A stretch of 64,000 nt of DNA. Source: Lepidodermella squamata. Lineage: Eukaryota > Animalia > Gastrotricha. The stretch's first letter is position 1; each line of letters starts with the position of its first letter. The notes beneath the pieces are model-generated. The model searched no databases. It saw nothing but the letters and a program-made list of their open reading frames with translations, and was not told the DNA's origin. A program made the position numbers and the translations under genes. This document shows positions 12,016-23,886 of the stretch, in pieces. The stretch spans positions 1,116,001-1,180,000 of the forward strand of contig JBLDXI010000033.1 in the NCBI GenBank assembly GCA_047495785.1. Direction: 5' to 3'.

Positions 12016-13234
12016 TGAAATGCGGCGCAATCTCACAAGTTTTTCTGTTCCTATTTATTTATCAGCCTTAATAAAGACTGTTTCGTGAAAATGAATTGAC
12101 TTTTTGCAGCTTTGATGGTATAATTTGATCACTTTTTTACCCCAGCATAGGTGAGAAATCACTTCACACTTTCGTCTCGCATTTAACCCAGGAGCTTGTA
12201 CCGAGTTCGTACTAGTAAGATTAGCCTTTCCGGATGGTATTTTCGGAACATTTCGAATAAGCCTTTCTAACAGCCATGCTGGAATAACCTCCAGCAATCT
12301 ATCCCGCTTCATCTCCCTTTAGGTAGAAAGCCTTATTAAGTAGGCTGTTATGCAAGATTGGTAGCAGTTTTTCGCCCTTACATCGACTTGCACTTGATTG
12401 AAGCAACAAACACGAAATCGCGACGAACTGTGCAAGTTTTGTTCCGGTTCGAAATCAAAACACGCTGTTCAAGTCGCATTAAATGTTTACCTTGATTGCA
12501 TGCATCTTTGCCCTTGTTTACAGCTAGATATAACTGGCCCATTTATACTATAGCGGGCCCACGCGCGACACACCGCACCCACACCGCACTGGCCGATGTA
12601 ATGTACAGAAAAAAGCGCCGGACAGTGCTCAATATAGAAGCGATAATTGCTGCGAATTAAAACAACATCTTTGCTCTCATATAGCGATTTACATTTATAC
12701 GGTATAACCTAGCTGGGTGGTTTACCATAGGTAATAAAGGAGGCGAGGAATACGGATGAATGCTAATATGAGAAAGAAGCGAAGTGAAAAAAAGCCGACG
12801 AGCCGATGCACTCTCCAGGTTACTAGATTGATAGTATGATAGGTCTCTTGTAACTTTTTTACATTGTAATATAATTACTCGTATTTCGCTCAAAATCCAG
12901 GAGCGCATGTCTCAAAAATCTGAGACCGGGAAGCACCTAGGTTCCATCTCCATAGTTATCGATAAAAAGCCATCGTTCTCCGGCAGAGAATTATTTGCCA
13001 CCACTAAACAAAATAGGAGCGCGTGTTTGTCCAGAGTCGAGGGGGAGTCTTAGCTAGGATGGGATGGACCACAGCTGATAGTTTGTTTACAAATTGTTTT
13101 ATTAGAGCCGCTGCTTGTTTACGCTCAGCCAACAGCGGCAAAACCACATTCGTAAAACCTGGGGATAGAATATATTTTCGTATTATTTATAGGTGTTGGT
13201 CGTTCTTAATTTAAACCTCGATTTCGCACGTAAA

Positions 13235-13654
13235 ATGAATATGCACCAGAGGATCTATGGATACGCTTTGATGATAGTCGCTGTTATGATTGGTCTGGTC
13301 GCCTTGTTCCTTGTCGCTGTCGCCGCCGAATATGACGACGCCGAGGCAAGAATTCAGGCCGATGCTCGAACTGTCGAGGAGTGGAAAAACCGGCCGAAAC
13401 GGGGATCCTGCAACCCTTGCAAACCGAATTGGTCATCATGGGGCGTCGCCTTATGCCAAATCGATACAACATGCCAACCAGCTGCTGGAGTTTGCCGCGT
13501 TACGTGTGGAATTAATGTTGGAGGTGTTTGTGACTTCTCGTACTCTTGCGTGCCTTCGATCGCCATCGTAGCCGGGGCGTCAACGGTCTACGCTACCTTC
13601 TCAACAGTAACACTGCTTACTATTTGTCTTTTCATCGCTTTGAAGTCAACTTGA
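13235..13654 (+). CDS. Small Cys-rich secreted or membrane-anchored protein (signal/TM, RPKR site, 8-Cys domain, hydrophobic C-tail)
   Basis: ATG 13235 within ORF 13193-13654; hydrophobic N-segment, acidic spacer, RPKR, CxxC..C..C..CxxxC..C..C, C-terminal hydrophobic stretch. Confidence 0.7.
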   Translation: MNMHQRIYGYALMIVAVMIGLVALFLVAVAAEYDDAEARIQADARTVEEWKNRPKRGSCNPCKPNWSSWGVALCQIDTTCQPAAGVCRVTCGINVGGVCDFSYSCVPSIAIVAGASTVYATFSTVTLLTICLFIALKST

Positions 13655-13910
13655 TATCTCACAAACACGAATATTCTGTCATTATCTGTTTAAAAACCTC
13701 CCGTCATAAAATGCCTCTATTTTTCTGTGCGCTTATTTTTCTGACAAAATCAGCAACCTGCAAAGCTCTCACCGATTAAATAAAAAATTCGTTTTATTTT
13801 TGAATATATAACAACGTAATTCAGTTGATACGCTATATATAGTAAAAACACGCGAGATCTCTAAATATGCAGGAAATATAGGCCGTAGAAAACTCTTAAA
13901 AAGTCTTTCT

Positions 13911-16084
13911 TCACGATGAATTGCTAGTTTGCGACAAAACACTCGTTGCCGGAAGGAATGATGAATTTTTACGTGGCGGCACTTGCGGCGGCTGCAGTTC
14001 AACGTTAACCGATTGCGCCTTCACCAGTGTTTTAGCCGGATTCGGCGATCTCGGCGCTAGTTCTTTTGATGGTGATGATGAGTTCGATGGGAAGAACGAA
14101 TTGCTGCCTGACGTGAAGGCCGGGCTTTTAGGTGATAGACCGGGTTTGTTAGGAGATGCTGACGATGATGCTATTTTAGGATGGGCCGATAGCGGAGGAC
14201 TCTTCTCGAAAGAACTCGGCTTGCTGCTATTCGCGCTCCGAGAGGGTGAAGCTAAGGATAGGCTAAGGGAAGTGAGTGGTAGCTCAGCAACTCTACCCCT
14301 TCTATTCGGCCCATCCTCCATCGTTGAAGATGTCTTTCGAAACATATTCCTCAGTCCAGATTTCAACTTCTGCCCTATAGCGTTTTTGTTTTTAGAATTG
14401 CGAACAAATTTTCCGTCGTGAGTTGCATCAAAGGTACGACTGTTAGCTGCCTCCTCTGCTAATTCAGCGGGGATGTTAGGCGCAGATTTGACTAAAGATC
14501 GTACAGACGGTATGTTGAGGGTAGGCGAAGATCGACTTGAATGCGCCAAAGCTTCAGCGGCACGATTCCCACCCGGGCTATTTGCATCGTTTAGGGAGGA
14601 AGATAATTGCGACTCGTCTATGGAACTAGAATCTTTAACTGATACTAAAAACGAGATTGATAGTGATTGATGAGACGGGGATGGAAAGCACTTACAAGAA
14701 ATGTTTAGACGATTGAAAACACAATGCAGACCAGCGTTAATTGATGTGTTTACGGATTCGTCTTCAGGCACGTATGACTGGCTAGTGTATCGCTCAGCTG
14801 ATTCGCCGTCAAAGAACCATTTCGACTGCGCAGACGTATTAATTGTACCAATTAATTCAATAATTATTAGATTAATGTGATTGGAATCCTAAAGGGCTAA
14901 TTGCCAAGTGACAGTTGTCTTAAGGAGTGTTTCGAGTTGGAGCGATCCCATGAGTTTTTAATTAAGCTTCTAATCGATCAAATTAATTCTTTAAAAGAGC
15001 CCTTTTACGTCTTTTCTAAAGGTGGGGTAAGTGTCAACAGCTTACATGGGTTAAAATAGTTTGAATAATGGTGCATTGGTCCATGGCATCGGCCGCACAT
15101 TGGTTGATGTCAGCGGCTGGGCTGCGGCGAGCGACCGGCGATCGCAGCGGCGACGACCCGAGCGACGGCACATCAGTCGAGTGACCGGCACTCAGCTGAT
15201 TTTGCACGACAACGGGCTTGCGCATAAGGGTTGGTCCGAAAATTATCGACAAGTTCTGCACGTCCATTTTGTTGTGCTCAGCGTGCGTCGCTAGCAGCGC
15301 CAAGTGATTAGCTACGTACTTCAAAGTGTCCTGATTGCATCGCGGCATTTTTTGCAGGCACTTTTTCAAGGCAATCATCCGCGATCGATTGCATTTCAAG
15401 CGATTAGCCGTAATAAAGGCTTCGTAGGAAGCTGTATAAAAACAAGAGATCAAAAACGGACGCGCTTGATCGTAGAATGACTTACAAAACGGGAACAAAG
15501 GGTCGGGCAACTCACGAAAAAACTGTTTCAAGGCAGATGTGTAAGCAGCTACGTCACATCGACTCCCAGGCGGAGCTTTAATATAGACCTCATAGTTGTA
15601 CTTAGTAGTGTCCCATCGCTTCAGGATCGACCCTACGGAGGAACTGTTACCAGGCACCCTGTAAAGACCTACAAAATCCGCTCCGTGCTTTTCGATCATC
15701 CGCGCGCAGAAATCAACAAAAGCTGGCACGTTCTAGAATTGAAAAAAATGTTAAGGAAGATTTTTTTGAAGTTAATTAGCAACTGACGGCGTTATCTGTA
15801 GAAGGATGGCATTTACTCAGTTCTTTCCCGAGTTCGGTTGGGGATTGCTGGGATGATTGCTGACTTTTCGAGCTTTTGAATAAATGGTGCCTTGAATGGC
15901 CGTTTGTTAACCGTTTCGATTGCTGGTTTTGCCATTCTTCAATTTTCGCATCGTGCCCATCTACGTCTCCATTCGCTGGCGAAAGATCTGACGGGCTCTT
16001 GTTGCCAGAACTGTTGTTTGATGCCGAGAAGACAGGTAGGTGCCAGCCACTCATTTTAATTGACACAAAATTAGCCGAATTCAA
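13911..16084 (-). CDS. RhoGAP-domain protein with Ser/Pro-rich disordered C-terminus
   Basis: VPAFVDFC..GLYRVPGNS (arginine finger), SALKQFFRELPDPLFP, NKMDVQNLSIIFGPTLMR; introns 15733-15787, 15432-15485, 14826-15045 and probably 14645-14695; the true 5' end may lie further upstream. Confidence 0.9.
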
Positions 16085-18172
16085 TTCATGGTTTTATCGC
16101 CTGTGCGTCAAATTTAGACATATTCATGTTAAAAAAGCTGAAAATAAAAATTATTAAAGTCATAGCACAGCTCTGCTGAACGGGGGCCGCGCATGAAAGT
16201 CAATACTGTTATCAACGTAGGGGCAGCAGAGCTACTCATTGATTTTTTATCTGTTTGACGAGCGTTACTTTAGCTATGCACATATTTATTTTAGCTTTTT
16301 TAATTTAGCTAATTCAACGTGAGCGCTTTAAAATAACGAGCGAGAGAGAGACACACACAAGCTCGCACGTTGATTTATAAAAACAACGGCGCCATCAAGG
16401 CCCAGCGGGAGTCGCATTATAGAAAAAATTCGCATACTTTTTATCGAAATCAATCTAGCATTCAGAAGGTATAATCAGGTGTGAGCATTTATCCAGGCTA
16501 AGCCGAATCGGGCCAGTTGCCCAGTTAAAAACTATTCCATAAGAGGCGATAGCAGTGGGTTCGTGATGGGATAGGCAGACATGCACCTCATGTGGTCAAA
16601 ATGATTCAGCTGTCAGTTGTGGGATGGAGAGTGCCGTCATTGAGTAAAAAAACGCCATGTTGATTTAATAAATGGGTTGTCATGTCCAGGCCAGCGTAAC
16701 TCAATAAGGTGAACAAAAACTGTTATCAAATTAGATAGTGACGCCGTCATAACATGGTTTTCATATAGATATATTTGATGAGTGATTCTAGATTTGATTT
16801 TATAGGCCTGCGTCCCTGTAAAAAACATGAATCAACCGTTGTTTCAACTTTGAAATTGGTTGCATGCCAAATCTAAGGTATAAAGTGTGATTCATATCAA
16901 ATTTTTCGGAAAAATGAGGAATCAGAACGATTAAGCCCTAGAGCTATGAACTTCCGCAGGGTTCAAGAGAGTCCTGAGGGTTCCTATACTCCGAGCAATT
17001 TGTCGCGGTAATCAAATTACGAGATTTCAGTACTAGATGGCGGCACGTGGGACAGGCTATACAGTAATCGGAAGAATAATTTTCTGATAAACATCACGCT
17101 GCGACAATTTTTTGTGTAAAATATAAGCGGCGCCGCTGTAAATCGCGAGAAGCGCCACCATGGCGGAAGTCGATAAACCGACTGCTGTGCTGAGTTGTGA
17201 AAAAATTTCCTTCTAATACGATTATAACTGAGTATTTATACGCGGCGCAATGTCACGCATGAATGGCAGCAGTTTGGAAGCAGCAGCTAGTTTTTCTATT
17301 ATTGTAATGACGAGGCATATGAATTGATTTTTCGCAACTTTCACGCATATAGTCGTTCAGTCGCCTTCAATACAATCTATTTCGCAATACAAAAGAAGAT
17401 ATGCGCGGGAGAAGTTTATAGATAATCTAAATTGTCGAATAGTTAAAAGAAAATAACACTTATAAAGCCGTGAACAATAAAAATTTGATCAATAAAGCTA
17501 TTTTTAGCCAGATTTAATCATTCTGCCCTTGAAAGCAAGGGTCAGAAGAGGTGCTCTCGAGGGCGGCGCGGTTATTTTTCGTAAAATAGGAAATGAATGG
17601 CTAAGTTGTGGCTCAATTCTAAATTATTACGCCCGCAGATGATGATAAAAAGAGACAAGACGAGCTCATTTACAATTTCATCGAGAATAGATGGGGGCGA
17701 TTATGAAAAACGTGGGCATGTGTTGCCGGGTAGACGGGAATGTACCAGCACAGCTGCATAAAAATATAGCCAGCGTGATTCATGCGTCTTAGTACCTACT
17801 GAAAACTGAAATTATTCTGGATGTAAGTAATAGGGAATTTTTTGCCGTCTAGCCACAAGTGTTGATCATTGCCTTGCATATCAACCGATCGGGTATCTCC
17901 TAGGGATGAGAAGATCTAGATATTTCCCATCCCTTGGACTAAAGCTATGCTTAACTACGTCTAAAACCCTGTATGTAATCCTCTGTGCGACACTTATCGA
18001 GCTTGTCTCTACAGAAACCATACAAGGTGTGGGGACCCGACGATCACGCCATGAATTTCAGGTAAGATTGCCGCGGTAAGAATCCGGCCACTTTGTCAAC
18101 CGCTGCACCGGTCATACACCAATTTTTATTCTGATCTCGCAAAAGTTACAATCGATTTCATTCTAAATCCAG

Positions 18173-18876
18173 TCAAAAGTCAGATTCATTCAGCTCAGCA
18201 ATTTCCATGAAAGTAGCTTTCAAGTCTCTGAAAAAGCGTTGCCATACGTTGCAGACATCACGCGCTGGGCACAGTGTCTCCATTTCACTGTCAGTTTTAC
18301 CTAACATCGGCTGAATATGGAGTTGGCGTAATATGAAAGCCTCAGTTGTAATCAAAGCTTGGATCATCAGCTTGGCAGGTACTAAATATTTCTCCTTGTG
18401 AACTCCGATGAGGCAATGGACACATTTAGCGAGTGCGTCCGGTCGTTCCAGTCTCAGTAAGCATCGCTCTATCCCTCCTAGGAGTATCATCCCGAGGTGA
18501 CGAGCAGCCCACGGGCAGTCTCCGATTCGTTTGTACTTCGAGCTAACTCGCCATCGCTCTATAGTTTCAGGATAATCTGTCGAAACTCTAAAATGATGAA
18601 TGTCAAAATTAAACACAGATTCACAGATCTTATTAACGCAGACCTTTCCCACAGTTGCTCAGCGATTTCTTCACGCTTAGTTTTGATATGCCGATCGAAG
18701 GTTGTAAGTAACAGATCGATTTCAAAACGCTCGTATGAAGTCGTAACTTTTATTTTTTCAGTACCAAGTCGGTTTCGTTCTTCGACAGATAGCGTTCGGC
18801 TAACCAAAATTCGATCAGTTGGCACTGCACTGACCTTGTGAGACATCAAAAAACTTTCATCTCTAAGACTACCCAT
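18173..18876 (-). CDS. Divergent globin 1; exons 18876-18644, 18587-18173
   Basis: Spliced LWER/VSTDYPETIERW fits the B-C helices with C2 Pro; phase-2 intron at B12; E7-like His (ARHLG), F8-like His (GVHKEKY), H-helix W..FF. Confidence 0.75.
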
Positions 18877-19174
18877 TCTCGATAGCTAAAAAATTCCGCG
18901 AGAAAGAAATTGTGGCAATATTTAGTTTATCAGAGCATGCAAACCGTGTATTAAACACCTTCTTTAAGTCAGAGAGTAAAAAGTCGATAAGTTGGTCAGG
19001 AAAATCCTAGATAGACCTGAATAATAAGAGGAGAGGAGAACACCTGGTTTTCTTACAGAATACCCTAGTCAAGCTATCGGTGAGATATTAAGTAGAGCAA
19101 GTTCCGCTCGTTTTATAATCAAATAAAGCAGTGTGAAGTGTTGCGTAGGGCTCTTGACAGGTGAATTCGCTGAT

Positions 19175-19905
19175 TTATATGTCAAGGATCGATCCTATCA
19201 CGTACCGGAACATATGTGACCAGCACAAGCATTCACGGCAAACTGACAGGCCCTTGTCCCGATGCCCGCGGTGCAGTTCCTCCATCAAGATATGCTCTGA
19301 TGCCTTGACAGCGCATGCCATCTGCCGATCAGTGACGCCGTACTTTTCGAGGTGTGAAACGACCAATTGCTTCATGGCCATCCGCATCCGCTCCCCGGAC
19401 AAGTCGCTAGGTGCCACTCGTAGGAGACATCTTTCAATGCCACTTAAGACCAACATGCCGAGACCCTTCTGAACCCAAGCATCGTCAGGGCGGTATTCGT
19501 GCGTTCGCCCTTTCATGACACTTTCGTAAATCTCAAACGCCCCAGCCACCCGTTTTGACACACTAAATTTAATTATACGGTTGAATTTGAGTGAATCAAT
19601 AAATGAACTTACCTTTCGTGGATTAGGACAGCGACCGCGTCTCGATTTCGTTTGAATTTTTCGAAGTTCTCACGCATTGCTACGACGTCGGTATCAGTGA
19701 AGCAAAACCTTGAATTTTCTTTCATGTAATCGGCGATTAGAACATCTGGGTCGATGACGTCTGCCTGGTTCAACTCTGGCGGCCCGGCTGCGGGTGGTAG
19801 CGGGCTTTTTGACTTGATGCGGTCCTCCTCGTCTTCGTCTTCTGATTCTTCGACAACAAACACACCGTTGCTTGACTCCATCTTTTGAGATTGGGTGCTT
19901 CCCAT
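19175..19905 (-). CDS. Divergent globin 2 with N-myristoylation-like MGSTQS start and acidic extension; exons 19905-19613, 19562-19175
   Basis: Paralog of the neighbour (shared LGM..L.GIERCLLR and H.EKY.V); same phase-2 intron position (19563-19612). Confidence 0.72.
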
Positions 19906-21509
19906 TTTCGAGCTTTTATATACAGCAAAGAACAAAAAAGTTGCGATGGTTAAAAACTTAGCACTGAACTCCTCCGCGAACGAAGGCTTTTTTAGCTTCA
20001 AGAGTTTCGTCTTTCAAATGCGCTTTTAGTTTATTGATTACTTGATAGTAACTCCTCACCTTTCAATTTCACGATTTACAGAATTGATACCCTTTCACCC
20101 GTTTGCTAGTGTATCTTCATGAAACACTTTACAAAGCGGATATAATCAGAGAATACACGTTTTGGGCGTGGGGCCAAGCTATACATCATTTATCGATAAG
20201 GAATTTTCGGCGCCTGAAAACTTGAGAATAGCTTTCCGAGGGCTATGTTTCCTCTTTCAGCAGTGAAATTTTACAGTGCAAAACTTGTTTCCCTTCAGAT
20301 TCTCAAACAAGGAATGAAATTTATTAAAAGTGATATCTCCAATGGTGCTGCAGTTGCAGTTCGTTTGATTTGAAGCTCATCAATCTCCCATTCGCTTCTG
20401 CTTCAGAATCACTCTCATGAATGAGAAGGAACGAAGGTTTTTCTTTAACTGCAAACGTATATTGGGCTCTCCAGTGTCACCTGCAAACTGATACTGCTCA
20501 TCAGTAGCCACAGCAATGATCGCCTCGACTGGTCAATTTTTACCTCACAGCCAAAAGTCTTACTCTGATATTCATTTTTTGATGGCAAACCAGTGTGATA
20601 CTATATTGAACCTATCAAAACAGTAAGACCCGAATCCCAGATGAATGCTTTCCATGGCCGTATTGTTGCAAATCAAATGGAAATCAATTCTAGACTTTTA
20701 AAGCTGAATATACGTTGAGTATGGTTGGCCCTAAAAAGTGTGCCATGCCCAAGAACAAACATTAACAAAAAACGCAGTGAAATAATTGGTTCCGTGACCC
20801 AGTTTTTCCTTATATCCGCAGAAAAATGGGATAATGCTTATCCTCACCTGACAGCAGGGATGTTTTCTCATCTCGAAACCTGTCAGTTGCAGCTAGCGCA
20901 ATAAATCAGAGATCCTCTAATGATCTAGCATCTACTTCGTCTTTTGCTGACTGAGCAGTAGAAAATGTGAAATATTTATTTATCGATCGATACAGCCGGA
21001 ACAGTCCAGTTATAAGCTGACGTATGCATGAAATAGTGTCGCCGAAAACATCAGGCCACATAGCAGATAAATAAATACGCATATGATAGATGATGTATAA
21101 AAAACTACTACTAAAAGATCCAGCAGCATTACTACATTGCGAGCATGGGAAATGGCATAATATAATGGCTCGAGTTAGTCCGTACCTATGTTTACTTACC
21201 CGTTCATTCCTACGTCTCGACTACAACCTATTACGAGCACAAGGCACAAGGTATTTATCCTTATCCTATATTATATATTATGCGCAATTCTCATGCTTTT
21301 CAGTATTCATGTTGCGAGTGCTAAAAGTGAGAAGTGTGAGTTGCTTACAAGCTTTTAATGAGCATCGCATAAAAAACTCACTTCTTTTCACCTTCTCTCT
21401 GACCCTCTTTTCATCTCATAGACATTTATGCTTTCAAGACGCACCTATCTGTTTTTATTCAATTTATTACTTCGAAGTTATAGGAAATTAGTTATTTATA
21501 GGATTTTTG

Positions 21510-23579
21510 ATGAAGGCACTAAGACGCTTTGTTCGAGGCAAGAGTACTGAAGCATTAAGGCGAGATAGACACAGGAGGCATTCAATCAACGATCCGTCCG
21601 AACAACCCGGGGAAATTCTCGATGCTGGCGTAGCAACTTCCCACCAAGTTCGCGGCTTCATCGTCCGCCTTGAGACGCTACTCGCCGAAACTGATCACAG
21701 GTCGAAAGTCGCATTTAAAAATCTGGAAATTCGCCACCTTCTCGGCAAAATTCTGGCATTATCGAAGTCAAACCATCACATATTGACGGAAAATGCAGAG
21801 ATACACAGTTGTCTGCCGAAGGTATTAGGAAAATGCGTCGTTGGTATCGATGCAGCAACCGTGCTGGAAGACAAAGAAGCGCTTGATTTTACGAGGAAAG
21901 TCACCGATATCATCGCAAATTACTCCGACTCCTGCGAGCTTTTCTCCCGAACCCTGGCAACTGAAGTTCAAGGATTACTCAAATGGATCCTGGAGATCGT
22001 TGGCTCAAAGTCAATACACAGCTCTTTAACTGTCAAGAAATCTAAAGTAATTTTCTTTAAGGAGGATTTTTTCCATAATTATTCTGAATCCTAGGAAATC
22101 GAAGATCTAGTCGAAAATTGCCTCATGTCCCTTCACAACATAACGAAATTTCCTGAAACAATTCATGCGTTTAAGAAGTTCGAAAGTCTTCACGTAAGTC
22201 TACCAATTGAGATTGTAATTTTTCAAAATTTCGGCAAATTTTAGGCTGTGAAATTTTACCTCTGCTGTCCTTACGATATCTTACTATGCCTCGCAATGAT
22301 TTTCAGCGCCCGCATCGTTGAAGACGATGAAAGTCGACTTCTAGCCGAGGATTTGGGCGTCACTACTTCCTTTATCAAAGCCCTTAGTACCGCTCTTCAA
22401 GATTCGACCGGGAAAACTTACCTACCCGGCGAGTTATCAGCAGCCGAAATCGCTAATGGAATGCGGCTTCTGTTCATTCGAGATTCAAATAAAGCGAAAT
22501 TCGTCGCCGAAGGGGTTCTGCCCCTCCTGGAGAAGATGGTCATGTCGGAGAATGAGGAGGAGCAAATGGCGTCAATTCAGTGCTTATGGACCCTTTCATT
22601 CAGTGAAATTGAACGAGTCAAAATTGTCGCTATGTCGGAAATTCTTAGCCAGCTAAAATTGATAAGTATAACCTCGCAAAATCGAACTCTTCGCGTCAAA
22701 GCGACAAACGCTTTGGTTTTCATTAAAAACGGCAAGACCGGTCTATTAAAGCCAAGACCGTCGCTGCCTTCAGTTTCATCGGCGGATTCCAAGGTCGACG
22801 AAGCAACACGACCGCCGGTAATTTTTATCAGTTACTGTCAAAAGCAGCAACCGATGGTGTTGAGGATTCGAGAATCGCTTCGAGCAGCTAATTACGAGTG
22901 TTGGATTGATACCGAAGAAATGCATGGCTCGCTGCTTCAAGCAATGGCCGATGCGATTGAACGATGCTCTGTCGCGTTGATGTGCTACTCCGAGGACTAT
23001 AAAAAGTCGAACAATTGCCGATGCGAGGCTGAGTATATATTTCAGCTAAAAAAGCCGATTGTCCCCGTGAAAATGCAGAAACAATACCAGCCGGACGGTT
23101 GGCTAGGAATCATCATTGGAGCTAGGTTTTACATCGACATGTCCCTAGCGAATATTCCTTATGTCGAAGCGTCGCAGAAATTATGCGCGGAAATAACGAA
23201 TCAAATGCAAATTGCGAACAAACTTAACAAAGAATCTTCGAAATTGGTGGTACATGCAGTTTCTAAACCACCGCAAAAAACCGCTGTTTTCGCTGCCTGG
23301 TCAAATGCAGACGTCCAAAAGTGGCTTCGAGAAATTTCTTTGTTAGTTTTTTGTTATTCCTTGGGTATAAATAAAACTATGATTTTTCACAGATCTTCCC
23401 CGGTTCTTGAGAAGCTGGATGGGAACTTGCTGTGGACTCTTCACGAAATGAAAATAAAGGCTCCCGAGTCGTATTATTCTGTTCTTTCGAGATCTCTATT
23501 TGAAGCAACAGGAGATCTGCACAATTTGCTGCAACATATTTCTGCCCTTGATAGGCTATGGCAAACAATTGAAGAGTGA
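21510..23579 (+). CDS. ARM-like repeat / TIR (TIR_2-type) / SAM-like protein 1; exons 21510-22046, 22095-22193, 22245-23341, 23393-23579
   Basis: ARM-type motifs (LMSLHNI, GVLPLL..QCLWTLSF), TIR box IFISY..WID..AIE..SEDYKKSNNCRCEAEY..PIVPV..DGWLG, SAM-like WSNADVQKWL; splice phases consistent. Confidence 0.88.
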
Positions 23580-23886
23580 TAAAAAAATAATAAAGCATAA
23601 TTTATTTTTATTCAATAATTTTACAAATTAAAAGTGGCATTAGTATGATTAATAGTTCAAACATCGAAGCTGCTACTTGAGTCTGTTTTTTGCCTCGGTG
23701 ATATGTTTGCATTAATTTTTCGTCACGCACTATATAACGCCGGGTGAAGGTGACACATGCATTTTTTTTTTACTTTTTAAGAGCAGCATACCACACGGCT
23801 TGATCTTGTGATCTTGTGCGGCATTTTATACTAGCCAAGAGTAATATATAACGCCGTGTAATTTTTTTCTAATACTTTCAACTAAC

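Noticed and set aside
13921-14421. 166-aa plus-strand ORF
   Set aside because: Antisense to the Ser/Pro-rich last exon of the RhoGAP gene; no independent signal
17030-17170. AGATGGCGGC and ATGGCGGAAGT (YY1/ETS-like) motifs as the RhoGAP promoter
   Set aside because: Short motifs with no transcript evidence; cannot be assigned to a gene
20290-20720. Coding-like composition suggesting a pseudogene remnant
   Set aside because: Frames are interrupted and I could not recognise any protein similarity
21090-21491. 133-aa ORF upstream of TIR-1
   Set aside because: AT-rich with no motif; likely promoter, UTR or intron sequence
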